Shown here: positions 15,018-24,641 of the stretch, piece by piece
How the letters are laid out: each line of letters starts with the position of its first letter
Numbering within the stretch: the first letter of the stretch is position 1
Virus record (IMG/VR): IMGVR_UViG_3300034251_000009
Coordinates: 1-55,564 of that record
DNA: 55,564 nt
Source: a virus
Taxonomy: Duplodnaviria; Caudoviricetes
Strand: one strand, 5' to 3'
Translations under genes and position numbers: made by a program
Notes under the pieces: model-generated
The model's input: the letters and a program-made list of their open reading frames with translations, nothing else
What the model was told of the DNA's origin: nothing
The model's database searches: none

Positions 15018-16652
15018 CTACCTGCGGCGGGTGATGGGGCGGCGGGCCAGTGCCGCCACCGCTCGCGCCATCGACGGCGCGTAAGAGTCCAGTTCGAGCG
15101 TTGCCGCCGCCTCGGCGGCGGAGTACGTCGTCCCGGCGACGCGGAACACCGTCACACCGTCACGGCCGGACTGGTTGAGCGAGTCCGGGTAGGGCTGCAC
15201 GCCCCGGACCCGGATCAGGTTCCCGGCGCGGATCTGCCACGGCATCGCCATGCGGCCGGTCAGGTGGTCGACGATCGGCCGGCGGATGGTGATGCGGCCG
15301 GCGTTGACCGGCTGCCGGTGCTCGGCGAGGAACTGGTCACCGGCCTGGATGGCGTTCGCCGAGCTGGCCGCGTCGTCGCCGAGGTCGATGAACGAGGTGC
15401 GGGTGAGCCCGGCGGCGGTCAGCGCGGGAACGGTCGCGGTGCGGGTCGTAATGCGGATCTTGTTGTTCGTGTCGCGCCACCGCACCACGACCTTGTTGAA
15501 CAGGGTGTTGCCGGACTCCTGCGTCGAGAAGCCGTCGATGACGTCGGCCTCGTACCGCACGTCGCTCGGCCAGGGCAGCCACTCGAAGCGGAACTTGCTG
15601 TTGGCCGGGTTCGACTCCCACAGGTGCCAGGTGTAGCCCGGCTCGAAGACCTGCAGATCCTCGAGGACTTTCGCCGGGGTGACGCCGTCGGAGTAGGCCA
15701 GCTGCTCGATCGCGTACGAGGTCGCCACGATCGTGGCGTTCGCGCCGTCCACAGTCGCCGTGAGGATCCGGCCGAGCAGGTCGGCGACGACGGTCGACGC
15801 GAGGATCGTCTGATCGCCCGTGGTGTAGCCGGAGGTCTTCTTCGTGCCGTCGGCGCCGTAGGTGATCGCCCGGACGACGATGTTCTTGAAACCCGCCCAG
15901 ACGGTGCCGCCGGTGCCGGTCGACGACGCGCCGCCCGCCCACCGGAGCTGCAACAGTGGCCGGGCATCGCCGAGGGGGAAGCTGGTGCCGACCAGGGCGA
16001 CGCTGCCGCCGCCGCCCGCGGTGTTCGCGTTGTTCGCCCGGACCTGGGTCGCGCCGGACGAGTAGCCGATCAGGTCCCAGAGGGCGTTGGTCAGGCCCGC
16101 ATCCCAGCTGTAGTCGAAGACGGCCAGCTCCTGGCCGGCCTCCTCCAGGCCGTAGTAGCCCGCCGTACATGCCGCCCCGAGCGTCACGTCCATCGTCGGG
16201 AACGAGCAGACCAGCGCCGGGGAGGCGTCCGACGGCGCCTCGCCGGCGTTGACCGTCGCAATCTGCCGCTCGCCGGTCGCCGTCCTGGCTTTGACCCACG
16301 GGTCGAAACGCCGGTCGATGTAGACCAGCAGCCGGGTGTCGTCCTGCAGGTGCGCGGAGCCGCCGACCGCGGCGAGCTGGTAGACCTCCCCTTCGCTGCC
16401 GGCGCTGCGGCCGGGGTCCTGCAGCCTGCCCTCCCACACCGTCTCGGCGGTGCGGCCGTCGTAGACGTACACCCGGCCGAACTGGGCGACCTCGCGGGGC
16501 GTGAAGCTGATCGGCCGGTGCAGGGTCAACGTGCAGGTGGTGAACCCGCCCGGGGACGCCGAGCCGAAATCCAGGTCGCTGCACTCGTCGGTGATGTACA
16601 CGTCACGCGCCGACGTCTTGAGCCGCACCGACAGCGGCACCAGGATGCTCAC
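15018..16652 (-). CDS. Minor tail protein (hub/Tal-like)
   Basis: Second gene after tape measure; PGGF..WEGRL..IRAGNLIRV pattern. Confidence 0.8.
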   Translation of the reverse strand: MSILVPLSVRLKTSARDVYITDECSDLDFGSASPGGFTTCTLTLHRPISFTPREVAQFGRVYVYDGRTAETVWEGRLQDPGRSAGSEGEVYQLAAVGGSAHLQDDTRLLVYIDRRFDPWVKARTATGERQIATVNAGEAPSDASPALVCSFPTMDVTLGAACTAGYYGLEEAGQELAVFDYSWDAGLTNALWDLIGYSSGATQVRANNANTAGGGGSVALVGTSFPLGDARPLLQLRWAGGASSTGTGGTVWAGFKNIVVRAITYGADGTKKTSGYTTGDQTILASTVVADLLGRILTATVDGANATIVATSYAIEQLAYSDGVTPAKVLEDLQVFEPGYTWHLWESNPANSKFRFEWLPWPSDVRYEADVIDGFSTQESGNTLFNKVVVRWRDTNNKIRITTRTATVPALTAAGLTRTSFIDLGDDAASSANAIQAGDQFLAEHRQPVNAGRITIRRPIVDHLTGRMAMPWQIRAGNLIRVRGVQPYPDSLNQSGRDGVTVFRVAGTTYSAAEAAATLELDSYAPSMARAVAALARRPITRRR

Positions 16653-18085
16653 GTCGTCGCCGGCCGGAAGCCGCCGATGTACCGGGGGTAGTAGGACGGT
16701 GTCAGCGTGGTCGTGGCGGTGACCGAATCACCCGCGCCAGCCACCGAGGTGCCGGTGCCGACGTCGCGGTGGAAGAACACCCGGTTGGTGACACCCGGGG
16801 TGATCATCAGGCCGGAGCCGGCGATCTCCGGCGCCTGCGTCGAGGTCACCTGCGCGCTCGCGTTGCGGGCGTACACGCTCGGCGAGACGCCGCCCCGGAC
16901 GACGAAGTCCGTCACCGTCGCGGCGGCCGGCCAATCCACGAACATGCAGCGGTCGTCGGCCGGCAGCACCATCAGGTAGTCGACGTCCAGCGTCCCGGAG
17001 CCCGACGTGCGGCCCGCGTCGACGGCCAGGAACACGCCCTCGGTGACGAGCTCGACGCCGGACATGCCGCGCTCTACCGGGTCGTAGCCGGCCGGGATCT
17101 GTATCAGGCCCAGGTCGATCAGCTTGCGGGTAGGCGCGCTGGGCCCGGTGTCGACCGGAAGCGTCACCGTGTCGTTGGTGATCTGCACGTCCGCGCCGCC
17201 CCAGCGCAGCCGCATCGTGTGCACGTCCGCGCCCGTGTTCTGCCTGATCCTCGCGAACGCCCGATAGGTGCCGCGGGCGTCGACCGACGCAGTGGTCGGG
17301 AAGCGGGTCGCCGTCGACAGTCGCTGCGTCAGCGCGGTGGTGCCGGTGTACGCGATCCGGGCGTAGTTCGAGCCGGCTCCGGACATGGTCGCGTCGACAC
17401 CCGGCAGGGTCACGTTGGCGGCCAGGGTCATGCTCTCGGCCTGCAGGAACAACGGGGTGGCGCTGGGCGTGCCGCGGCGGCGGACCGAGAGGGCCGACCG
17501 GCGCCGGCCGGTGGCGACGACACCGTTCGAGACGGTGAGGAAAAGCGGGGTCTCGACGTCGCCCTTCGGCGAGGTGATGTCGAGGAACAGCCCGTTGCTG
17601 CCGGCCGCCGGGTCGTTGGTGACCGAGACGCCGGACAGTACCTCCTCCAGGCCGAGGGCGAACGGCTCGGCGAGCAGCTGCACCCGGTAGCGGCGCTGCA
17701 GAGGATCCCAGTCGATCGCCTCCGGGCCGGAGCGGAAGGTGCGGAAGAACACCGGGGCGCTGGTGTCCGGCCGGTAGCGCAGGATGTTCCCGCCCGGCCG
17801 GTCGATCTCCCGCGACAGCGCCTGCACCAGCAGCGCGGCGACGTCCGGGTCGAGGTTCATCGGCAGTTCAAGGGACAGGGCAATCTGCCGGTTGCGGTAT
17901 GCGGCCGACGGCACCGTGTCGCCGTCGGCGAGCATCGACTTGGCGGTGACCCGTTCCAGTTCGGGCGGCGGGAACGCGGTGCCCTCGGCCAGGCACGACC
18001 AGCCGGTCCCCATGGTGTGCAGGTCCAGCCGCACACCCGGCGCGGCCACGATCGAGTCGACGAACGCGACGTCGTAAATTGGCAT
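16649..18085 (-). CDS. Minor tail protein (distal tail-like with carbohydrate-binding-like insert)
   Basis: Follows tape measure; AEPFALG, GDVETP, LDVDYL motifs. Confidence 0.75.
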   Translation of the reverse strand: MPIYDVAFVDSIVAAPGVRLDLHTMGTGWSCLAEGTAFPPPELERVTAKSMLADGDTVPSAAYRNRQIALSLELPMNLDPDVAALLVQALSREIDRPGGNILRYRPDTSAPVFFRTFRSGPEAIDWDPLQRRYRVQLLAEPFALGLEEVLSGVSVTNDPAAGSNGLFLDITSPKGDVETPLFLTVSNGVVATGRRRSALSVRRRGTPSATPLFLQAESMTLAANVTLPGVDATMSGAGSNYARIAYTGTTALTQRLSTATRFPTTASVDARGTYRAFARIRQNTGADVHTMRLRWGGADVQITNDTVTLPVDTGPSAPTRKLIDLGLIQIPAGYDPVERGMSGVELVTEGVFLAVDAGRTSGSGTLDVDYLMVLPADDRCMFVDWPAAATVTDFVVRGGVSPSVYARNASAQVTSTQAPEIAGSGLMITPGVTNRVFFHRDVGTGTSVAGAGDSVTATTTLTPSYYPRYIGGFRPATT

Positions 18086-20808
18086 CAGCCCACCCTGGAG
18101 AACAGTTCGGCGGTGGCGCCGACCTTGCGGTCGACCTCGGCGGCGATCTCCCGGGCGGACATGCCGGACCCGTTGACGATGAAGGTGAACGGGCCGACGG
18201 TGACCCCGCCGCTGGCGGCGGTCTGGCCGGCGGACAGCACCCGCTCCGGGCCGCGCTCGGCGAACTCATACGTCCGGCCGGACCGGCCGACCCCGACGAC
18301 GTGCTCGGGGATGACGCCGCCGTTCGCCATCGCGATGTGGATGTGGTTCTTGTGAGCGTTCATCAGGCCCTGGCTGAACGAGCCCATGTTGCGGCCACGG
18401 GTGTAGGCGTAGTCCCGGCTGCGGGTGCGGTGGATCAGCTCCAGCGGGCGCTTCGCGGCGAGGTACCTGGCCAGGGCGTCCATGTTGTAGCCCATCCAGT
18501 CCACCGCACGTCCTGAACCGTGCCATTTCGGGTCACCGGGGCGATACGAGTTTCCGAAGCTGCCCTGGTTCGGGCCGGACTTGATCAGCTGCACGACCTT
18601 GCGCCACACACCGGAGTCGCCGCGCTGCGCGCTGGGCGAGCGCGGCCAGTTGCCGAACGACGGCGCCACCTTGGACAGCGCCTGGGCCATGCTGATGACC
18701 TTGGTCATTGAGGCGTTGACCTGGAACGGCATGTCGAGGACCCGACCGCCCGCGGCGTACCCAGGTAGCTGACCTGTGGCCAGCACCTCGTCGATGAGGC
18801 CCGGGGCCTGCCGGTCGATCTTCTTGGTGGTGGCCGCGCTGAAGACGACTTCCTTGCCGTGCACGATGCCCGCTGGTTCGTGCTCACCGACGTTCGCCGT
18901 ACGACCACCGTCGTGGTATCCCTTGGCGTTCTTGTTGAACGCCGAGTTGGCCGCGGAGACGCTGATGCCCTTGCTGGCGGCCTGCTGGGCGACGAGCAGC
19001 CGCTTCAGCTTGGCGTACGCCGCGTCGTCACCCTTAACCGTCACCGACGTGTTGATCTTCCGGGTGACCTTGTCGAGCTGGGCGTGGTACTTCTTCGTTT
19101 CCGCCTGCGACTGCTTCATCCCGGGCTGGTTGATGCCGGTGGTGACGTTCTTCGGCGTCGCAAGGTACTGGTTGGCCAGGCGCTTGGCCTCGGCGCGGGT
19201 GTAACCCATCCGGATCGCGGTCTCGACGAGCTTCTTACGGTTCGTCTCGTGCGCCCGGGTCGCCTCGCCGACGGTGCGGCCCTGCTCGTCCAGGGTCTTG
19301 GTGGTCGAGTTCGCTGCCCGGGCCATCGCAATGAGTGCCGACGACTCCTTGTCGGAGACCTTGCTCTTCTTGTCCACGGCGTTCGCCGCGTTCTCCGTCG
19401 CCTCACGGAGCTGGATCTGCGACTCGGCCGCCGACAGGTTCCGGTCAACGATCGCCGCGACCTGCTCGTTCAGGGCGATGAACTTGTGGCTGGCGATCTC
19501 AACCTTCTTGCCGGTCTCCTCAATCTTGATCCCGAGGATCCCGGCCGACGCGCCGGCGCCGGACGCCGAACCTTTCAACGCGTCGGTCCTGGCCACGAGC
19601 GCCCCGGTGGCGTCCGCGGAGCGGATCTCGGAATCGGTCATCCCGGCCAGCCGTAACGCGGTCACATCCGCGGTGGTGCCGACGCCGGTCACCATCCGCT
19701 GGTAGGCGTCGGCCTCCTTGGTGCCCCGGGCGAAGCCGTCCGCGGTCAGATCCATCTGGCCGGCGAAGCCGGCGTGCTGCTCCAGCCAGTACCGGCCCTT
19801 GTCGATGCCGATGTCCAGTTGATCGGTGTAGCCCTTGATGACGGCGCCGGCGTGGACGACCCCGGCGGTCACGGTGATCAGGTTCGCGATGGACTGGGTG
19901 AGCTGGTCGATCGCGTCGGCGCCCTCGTCGGCGTCCTGCGACAGCGTCGTGAAGGCGGCGCCGGTGGCGGTACCGATCCGGTCGAAGCCGTCAGCGAACG
20001 ACTGGATGACCGGGTCGGCCTCTTCGACCATGTCGGCGATCCCGCTGATGATGGACCGGGCGCCGCTGATGGCGCCTGTCGTCAGCGGTTCGACGAACCG
20101 CGAGGACGCGAAGATCCGGTCGAGGTCCTGGCCCATGCCGGACCATCCGGACCGGACCTGGCTGATGCCGGACAGCATCGGGGCGACGAACTGGCCCGCC
20201 TTGCTGTTCAGGTCGTTCATGACCCCGTCGCCGAGGTCCTTGGCCGCGGCCTTCACCCGCGCGTCCCGCGACGCGATGATGATGCCGCCGACCACGCCGC
20301 CGACGCCGGCTCCACCGACGATCGCACCCGCGATCGCGGCAGCGGCGGTCGGGCCCATCGCCAGGCCCAGCGCCGCGCCCACGGCTGCGGGGGCGGGGCC
20401 TGAGGCGATCAGCGGGCCCAGGCGTTGCGAGAACGACAGCGCGAATTCCGGGGCGGCTTCTGCACCGAGGTCAGCGAACAGTTTCCGGCTGCGCGTCAGC
20501 CGCCGGATCTGGGTTTCCTGCTGGCGGATCTGCTTGTCGAAGTCGCCGGTGCCGGACAGCGCCTGGGCGATCGCCATCTGCTTGAGCGACCCGGTCAGCT
20601 TCTCGATCTCCCGATCGAGTGCGGCCGCGGCGTGGGCAGCCTCGGACATCTCGCCGCCGGTGTCGTCGACGGCCTTGCCGGCCCGCGCGCCCTCTTTGGC
20701 GGTGTCCTTGAAGCTGTCGGCGACACCGTCGGTGGCCTTGGACAGATCCTTGGCGCCACGAACAGCTCGCAGGGTGTCGAGGATCAGCTCGACGCGTTGA
20801 GACCGCAC
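18085..20808 (-). CDS. Tape measure protein with C-terminal LAS/M15-like peptidoglycan peptidase domain
   Basis: 907 aa Ala-rich helical; GYHDGG..PAGIVHGKE; RPGDPKWHGSGRAVD..HKNHIHIA. Confidence 0.9.
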   Translation of the reverse strand: MRSQRVELILDTLRAVRGAKDLSKATDGVADSFKDTAKEGARAGKAVDDTGGEMSEAAHAAAALDREIEKLTGSLKQMAIAQALSGTGDFDKQIRQQETQIRRLTRSRKLFADLGAEAAPEFALSFSQRLGPLIASGPAPAAVGAALGLAMGPTAAAAIAGAIVGGAGVGGVVGGIIIASRDARVKAAAKDLGDGVMNDLNSKAGQFVAPMLSGISQVRSGWSGMGQDLDRIFASSRFVEPLTTGAISGARSIISGIADMVEEADPVIQSFADGFDRIGTATGAAFTTLSQDADEGADAIDQLTQSIANLITVTAGVVHAGAVIKGYTDQLDIGIDKGRYWLEQHAGFAGQMDLTADGFARGTKEADAYQRMVTGVGTTADVTALRLAGMTDSEIRSADATGALVARTDALKGSASGAGASAGILGIKIEETGKKVEIASHKFIALNEQVAAIVDRNLSAAESQIQLREATENAANAVDKKSKVSDKESSALIAMARAANSTTKTLDEQGRTVGEATRAHETNRKKLVETAIRMGYTRAEAKRLANQYLATPKNVTTGINQPGMKQSQAETKKYHAQLDKVTRKINTSVTVKGDDAAYAKLKRLLVAQQAASKGISVSAANSAFNKNAKGYHDGGRTANVGEHEPAGIVHGKEVVFSAATTKKIDRQAPGLIDEVLATGQLPGYAAGGRVLDMPFQVNASMTKVISMAQALSKVAPSFGNWPRSPSAQRGDSGVWRKVVQLIKSGPNQGSFGNSYRPGDPKWHGSGRAVDWMGYNMDALARYLAAKRPLELIHRTRSRDYAYTRGRNMGSFSQGLMNAHKNHIHIAMANGGVIPEHVVGVGRSGRTYEFAERGPERVLSAGQTAASGGVTVGPFTFIVNGSGMSAREIAAEVDRKVGATAELFSRVG

Positions 20809-20815
20809 GACCGTG

Positions 20816-21220
20816 TCACCTCACCTTCTCTGTCCACCACAGGCGTGCATCGGGCAGGTCTTCCGGCTTGTCCGAGGCCCCTTGCTGGGCGCGGACCATC
20901 GCGGCCCGGGCGTGGCACCGGACCCGGCGCACTTTCCATTCGTGCAGGCCCTCGCGGGCCGTCGTGTCGTCGGCGTTGTGGCCGCAGCCGCACGGGCAGC
21001 GCGACGCGCGATACTCGGCCAGCGCGAGCATCCAGCCGCGCTGTGCCGCATCCCATTCCGTCTCCGGCCGGGACGCGACCAGCCGGCCGGCGTCGTCGTG
21101 CTCATAGACGGTGGTGGGCTCCCAGCCCTCGAACCGCTTCTTCGAGACGCCGAGGCGTTCGGCCGTCTCGACGACGACCCTTAGTCCGGGCTCACGTTCG
21201 AGGCGGCGGGCGAGAAAGGG
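20816..21220 (-). CDS. Tail assembly chaperone, frameshifted C-terminal part (gpT-like)
   Basis: -1 frame open from the slippery site to stop at 20816; EGWEP..ETEWD..CPCGCGH..CHA. Confidence 0.8.
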   Translation of the reverse strand, partial: PFLARRLEREPGLRVVVETAERLGVSKKRFEGWEPTTVYEHDDAGRLVASRPETEWDAAQRGWMLALAEYRASRCPCGCGHNADDTTAREGLHEWKVRRVRCHARAAMVRAQQGASDKPEDLPDARLWWTEKVR

Positions 21221-21714
21221 ACGTCCACCTCACGGCCGTTGACCTCCAGCGCGGCCTCCCGCAGCTTGAGCATCTGCCCAGGACTGAGCGCGGTGTCGGG
21301 GTTGTCGAACAGCAGCGCCCAGTCCTCACCATCCAGCGTCGGCTCGGCGACGCACGCCCGAATCAGTGCCGGGTAGAACGTCGACCGGTCGAAACCGTGC
21401 GCGGCGTCGCGATCGTTCACCTCATCGCCATCACGGCGCGGCGGGTGATCGTCGATCAGCTTCTGGAAGTCGGCGTCAGGCAGCGCGTGCAGCACGAACG
21501 GCACGGTCCCGGCCTGCATCTCGGCACGCACCCGGTCCATCTCGGCGGCGATGCGCTGCCGCTCCGGGTCGCCGCCGAGCTTGTTGTTCGCCGGCAACTG
21601 GGCGAGCTGACGTTCGAGGCGGTCGTACTCGTGGGCCAGATCGCCGCGAAGGCACACGTCCTCGGTGTGCTGGCGCCGCTTCGCCAGCTTGAGCAGGCCC
21701 TTGATGTCAGTCAT
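21181..21714 (-). CDS. Tail assembly chaperone (gpG-like)
   Basis: Between major tail and tape measure; HPPR motif; ends VPFS. Confidence 0.85.
   Translation of the reverse strand: MTDIKGLLKLAKRRQHTEDVCLRGDLAHEYDRLERQLAQLPANNKLGGDPERQRIAAEMDRVRAEMQAGTVPFVLHALPDADFQKLIDDHPPRRDGDEVNDRDAAHGFDRSTFYPALIRACVAEPTLDGEDWALLFDNPDTALSPGQMLKLREAALEVNGREVDVPFSPAASNVSPD
21214..21220 (-). other. Programmed -1 ribosomal frameshift site C CCT TTC
   Basis: XXXYYYZ heptamer in the right phase near the chaperone end; -1 frame continuous. Confidence 0.8.
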
Positions 21715-22004
21715 GCCTCGACCGCCTCGTACGTCGCGGCGAAGATGTCCGGCTTGCAGGGGTAGAACTCGCCCTGGACGCCCCGGATGATCCAGTCGCC
21801 AGCCGTCGCGCTCATCGTGCCTTCGGGCGTCGGGATGGCAATGGTGTGATCGTCTTCGCGCTCGGAGCAACGCTCAGGGTCGGAGCACCGGTACCCGGCG
21901 GTCGATCCATGACTCAAGGTCCAGTCGATGATCGGGGTCGCGCCGTTGGCGGTTCCGTCCCACTGCATGGCTTCAATGACGACGGGCTTCTTGCGGAACT
22001 TCAC
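21711..22004 (-). CDS. Conserved phage protein (KKPVVIEA..GDWII..GEFYPCKPDIF)
   Basis: Recognisable widespread phage motif; function unknown. Confidence 0.8.
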   Translation of the reverse strand: MKFRKKPVVIEAMQWDGTANGATPIIDWTLSHGSTAGYRCSDPERCSEREDDHTIAIPTPEGTMSATAGDWIIRGVQGEFYPCKPDIFAATYEAVEA

Positions 22005-22064
22005 AACTACTCCACCCCAGGTCCCAGGAGTGCCCGGCCGATCCTGGGGGCTCGGCCGGGCACG

Positions 22065-22089
22065 AAAAAGCCGCCCAGCGTGGGGCGGC
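22065..22089 (-). terminator. Intrinsic terminator after the major tail gene
   Basis: GCCGCCC-CACGCT-GGGCGGC-TTTTT on the minus strand. Confidence 0.8.
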
Positions 22090-22106
22090 GGATGAGAAGG
22101 GTTGGA

Positions 22107-22589
22107 TCAGGCGACCACGGCGTCGAACGCCGGCTCGTCGGTGATTTTGAACGGCATCCGCCACCGCTCGTTGGTGTTCTCCTCGACGCCCATCCAGGTC
22201 CGCTGCCCACACCGCACCGGGTACACGCCCTGCAGCAGCTGCGACGCCGCGAACGGGGTGGCGGCCGCGATCGAGCGGCGGATCACGACGAACCCGACGG
22301 CCAGCTTCACCAGCGTCGTGTAGATCGTGTCCGTGCCGGACTGCTTGAAGAACTCCATCGTCGACTCGTCGATCGAGATCGAGCCGACGTCGGAGGAGTT
22401 GAACGTCGACGACAGCTTGCGGTTGTTCACGCTCGCGGTCTCCGGTTCCCAGCCGATCAGGCCGGCCGCCGACGCCACCGCGTCGAGGCGAAGGCCCCCG
22501 TTGCACTCGGCGGCGGTCGGCGCGGCCTTGTTCGCGATGGACACCACGAAGGCGACCCTGATGTTGCCGTCAGATCCGATGTCGGGCAC
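22107..22589 (-). CDS. Major tail (tube) protein
   Basis: DGNIRVAFV.SIANKAAPTAAE..GFVVIRR..VYPVRCG pattern. Confidence 0.85.
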   Translation of the reverse strand: MPDIGSDGNIRVAFVVSIANKAAPTAAECNGGLRLDAVASAAGLIGWEPETASVNNRKLSSTFNSSDVGSISIDESTMEFFKQSGTDTIYTTLVKLAVGFVVIRRSIAAATPFAASQLLQGVYPVRCGQRTWMGVEENTNERWRMPFKITDEPAFDAVVA

Positions 22590-22592
22590 GGC

Positions 22593-23048
22593 CTACTCCT
22601 TGTTTTCGTGTGCGGGCGGTGCCGCGCTCATCTGCTGTTCCAGCGCGCCGACCAGGGACACCCGTGGCGTCTCCCGTGCGCGCTCGGCCTTCAGTGCGGC
22701 CTCGGCGCGGACCGGGTCGCCGCCTACCCAGGACTTGACGACGTCAACCGTGCCGTCCGGCGGCTCGGTATCCCGGGCGTCGGTGAGCACCGGGTCGACG
22801 GCCGGGTTGACCGGCTCCGGCGGGGCCGCCGGCTGCCAGCCGATGCCCTGCCAGTAGGCCCGCGCGGCCCACGCGACGAGGCCCGGCTTCGCGATGTCGT
22901 CGTCCGGGTGGGCCATCCAGACGAAGTCGCCGTCGGCCGGCTCGGTCGCCTCCGACCAGCCGTGCAGGAGGGTGAAGCGGTCACGCTCTTCGGCGCCCTC
23001 GACCACGGCCTTCGCGGTACCGCTCTGGATCCAGAACAGGTCGGCCAT
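22593..23048 (-). CDS. Hypothetical virion-region protein
   Basis: TGATG coupling; C-terminal TVDVVKSWVGGD..E..PRVSL small helical domain. Confidence 0.75.
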   Translation of the reverse strand: MADLFWIQSGTAKAVVEGAEERDRFTLLHGWSEATEPADGDFVWMAHPDDDIAKPGLVAWAARAYWQGIGWQPAAPPEPVNPAVDPVLTDARDTEPPDGTVDVVKSWVGGDPVRAEAALKAERARETPRVSLVGALEQQMSAAPPAHENKE

Positions 23049-23374
23049 CAGACACGCACCAGGGCGCAGGAAACGGACGCGGTCTGCGAGTGGGTGACGG
23101 TGATCAGACCGGTGGTCGGGTCGGCGAGCGCCGGAACCATCGGGCCGATCCACCGCTCGCCGGTGGTGATCGGCACGACGGTCGTAACGTCCGGGTTGTT
23201 CTGCCCGTAGGTGGTGCCGGGCACGACGACCACGGCGTTGTCGACAGTGCCGGAGGCGTTCTTCACGATGAGGAACGCCCGCTCGTCGGGAACGATGGTG
23301 TCGGACGCGGCCACCGCCCCATAGCTGGGTGTCGTACCGGTGATCAACACCTGCTGGCTGGATAGAAGCGCCAT
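23048..23374 (-). CDS. Hypothetical virion protein
   Basis: 108 aa beta-rich, RBS AAAGGGG. Confidence 0.75.
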   Translation of the reverse strand: MALLSSQQVLITGTTPSYGAVAASDTIVPDERAFLIVKNASGTVDNAVVVVPGTTYGQNNPDVTTVVPITTGERWIGPMVPALADPTTGLITVTHSQTASVSCALVRV

Positions 23375-23395
23375 CCGGCGCACCCCTTTCTCGGG

Positions 23396-23830
23396 TCAGG
23401 CTGGCTGAGACTGGAAGCGGTAGGTGTCGGACACCTGCTCGACCGGCACACCCATGGCCTCGTTCGGGTCGAGGGTCACGGACTCGATCTGCTTGAGCCG
23501 TCCGCACGACCGGTTCGCGACCGTCGGTGCCCAGTTCAGGAACTGTGTCCGCACGCGGCCCTTCACGGCACGGGTCGATCGAGAGTCGGTGCCGACGCAG
23601 TGCGTCTGCACGTCGACCTGCCACGTCACCGAGTCGAACGACAGCGACGTCGTAGCCGGGGACTCCGTCGCCGTCAGCTGGCGAAACACGAACCGCACCA
23701 GCACGTACGGCGGCACCGAGCCGGGATCTGGGGACTCGGGGACCTTGCCGTCGTGTACGACCATCGCCGGGGTGCCGGGCGCGGCCCGCAGGCGGTCGAG
23801 GATCGCTGCGGCGTGCAGCTGCTCGCTCAC
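23396..23830 (-). CDS. Tail terminator-like protein
   Basis: VHDG.VP..PPYVLV pattern and position. Confidence 0.7.
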   Translation of the reverse strand: MSEQLHAAAILDRLRAAPGTPAMVVHDGKVPESPDPGSVPPYVLVRFVFRQLTATESPATTSLSFDSVTWQVDVQTHCVGTDSRSTRAVKGRVRTQFLNWAPTVANRSCGRLKQIESVTLDPNEAMGVPVEQVSDTYRFQSQPA

Positions 23831-24216
23831 CGGATCAGCCTCGCGAGGTAGTCCTCGGCGTAGCGCTCGAACCGCGGCAGCTCGGCGTCGAACGCCCTCG
23901 TCCAGTGCGCATTGGCCGGGGTGTGCGCGGTGCCGTTTTCCACGTAGATATCGAGGCGACCTTGGAGCTTCTCCATATCCGCCCCGGCCACACCACGGAT
24001 GACCCGATCGTTACGGGTGACGTCGTAGGAGAACGACCGGGCCAGGTGCGGCAGGTGCGCCCACCGCTCGACGCGGACCCGGTCCTGCGCGCCCTTCTTG
24101 ATATTTAGTAGGCCTTTGCCGACAATCCGCTCGCCCTCATCGAGGATCTTGTCGGGCAGCGCGGCGAGTTCGCGACGGATCTCGTCCAGGCCGTCGGCGT
24201 TCTGCGAGTACGGCAT
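23827..24216 (-). CDS. HK97 gp10-like neck protein
   Basis: YVENGTAHTPA motif and position. Confidence 0.7.
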   Translation of the reverse strand: MPYSQNADGLDEIRRELAALPDKILDEGERIVGKGLLNIKKGAQDRVRVERWAHLPHLARSFSYDVTRNDRVIRGVAGADMEKLQGRLDIYVENGTAHTPANAHWTRAFDAELPRFERYAEDYLARLIR

Positions 24217-24617
24217 CAGCCCGTCCTCTCAATGACGCCATACCGGCGGGCCGTCGCGTTCGCGTGCGCCGGGACCGCCCGGACCCGGAAGATCCGGCCG
24301 ACCGAAGCGGCATCCGACGCCGAGGCGGTGATGGTGATCTCATCGCCCGGCTTCAGCAGGTCGGCACTCATCGGTAGGTGGATCTCAGGTGATTGCAGCA
24401 GCACGTCGGCCTCGCCCGCGGTGGCGGCGCCAGCCGAGGCGCGCGGCTGCCGCATCCGGCACGGGCCGGCGTAGAGGTCCTCGTACGGCTGGACGGTGTT
24501 GCCGGTCTCATCGTCGTACACCGGCAACCCGTCCTTGCGGCGTGCCGTGCACGTGTCGCGCAACTGCAGCGCCTCGGTACGGGCCCGCGCCCGGACGATC
24601 GCGCCCTCGAGAGACAT
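24216..24617 (-). CDS. Head-to-tail stopper/adaptor (DUF6093-like)
   Basis: DTCT..YAGPCR..IHLP..GDEITIT..TARR. Confidence 0.75.
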   Translation of the reverse strand: MSLEGAIVRARARTEALQLRDTCTARRKDGLPVYDDETGNTVQPYEDLYAGPCRMRQPRASAGAATAGEADVLLQSPEIHLPMSADLLKPGDEITITASASDAASVGRIFRVRAVPAHANATARRYGVIERTG

Positions 24618-24641
24618 GTCAGGTCACCCCCGCCCCGTTGG

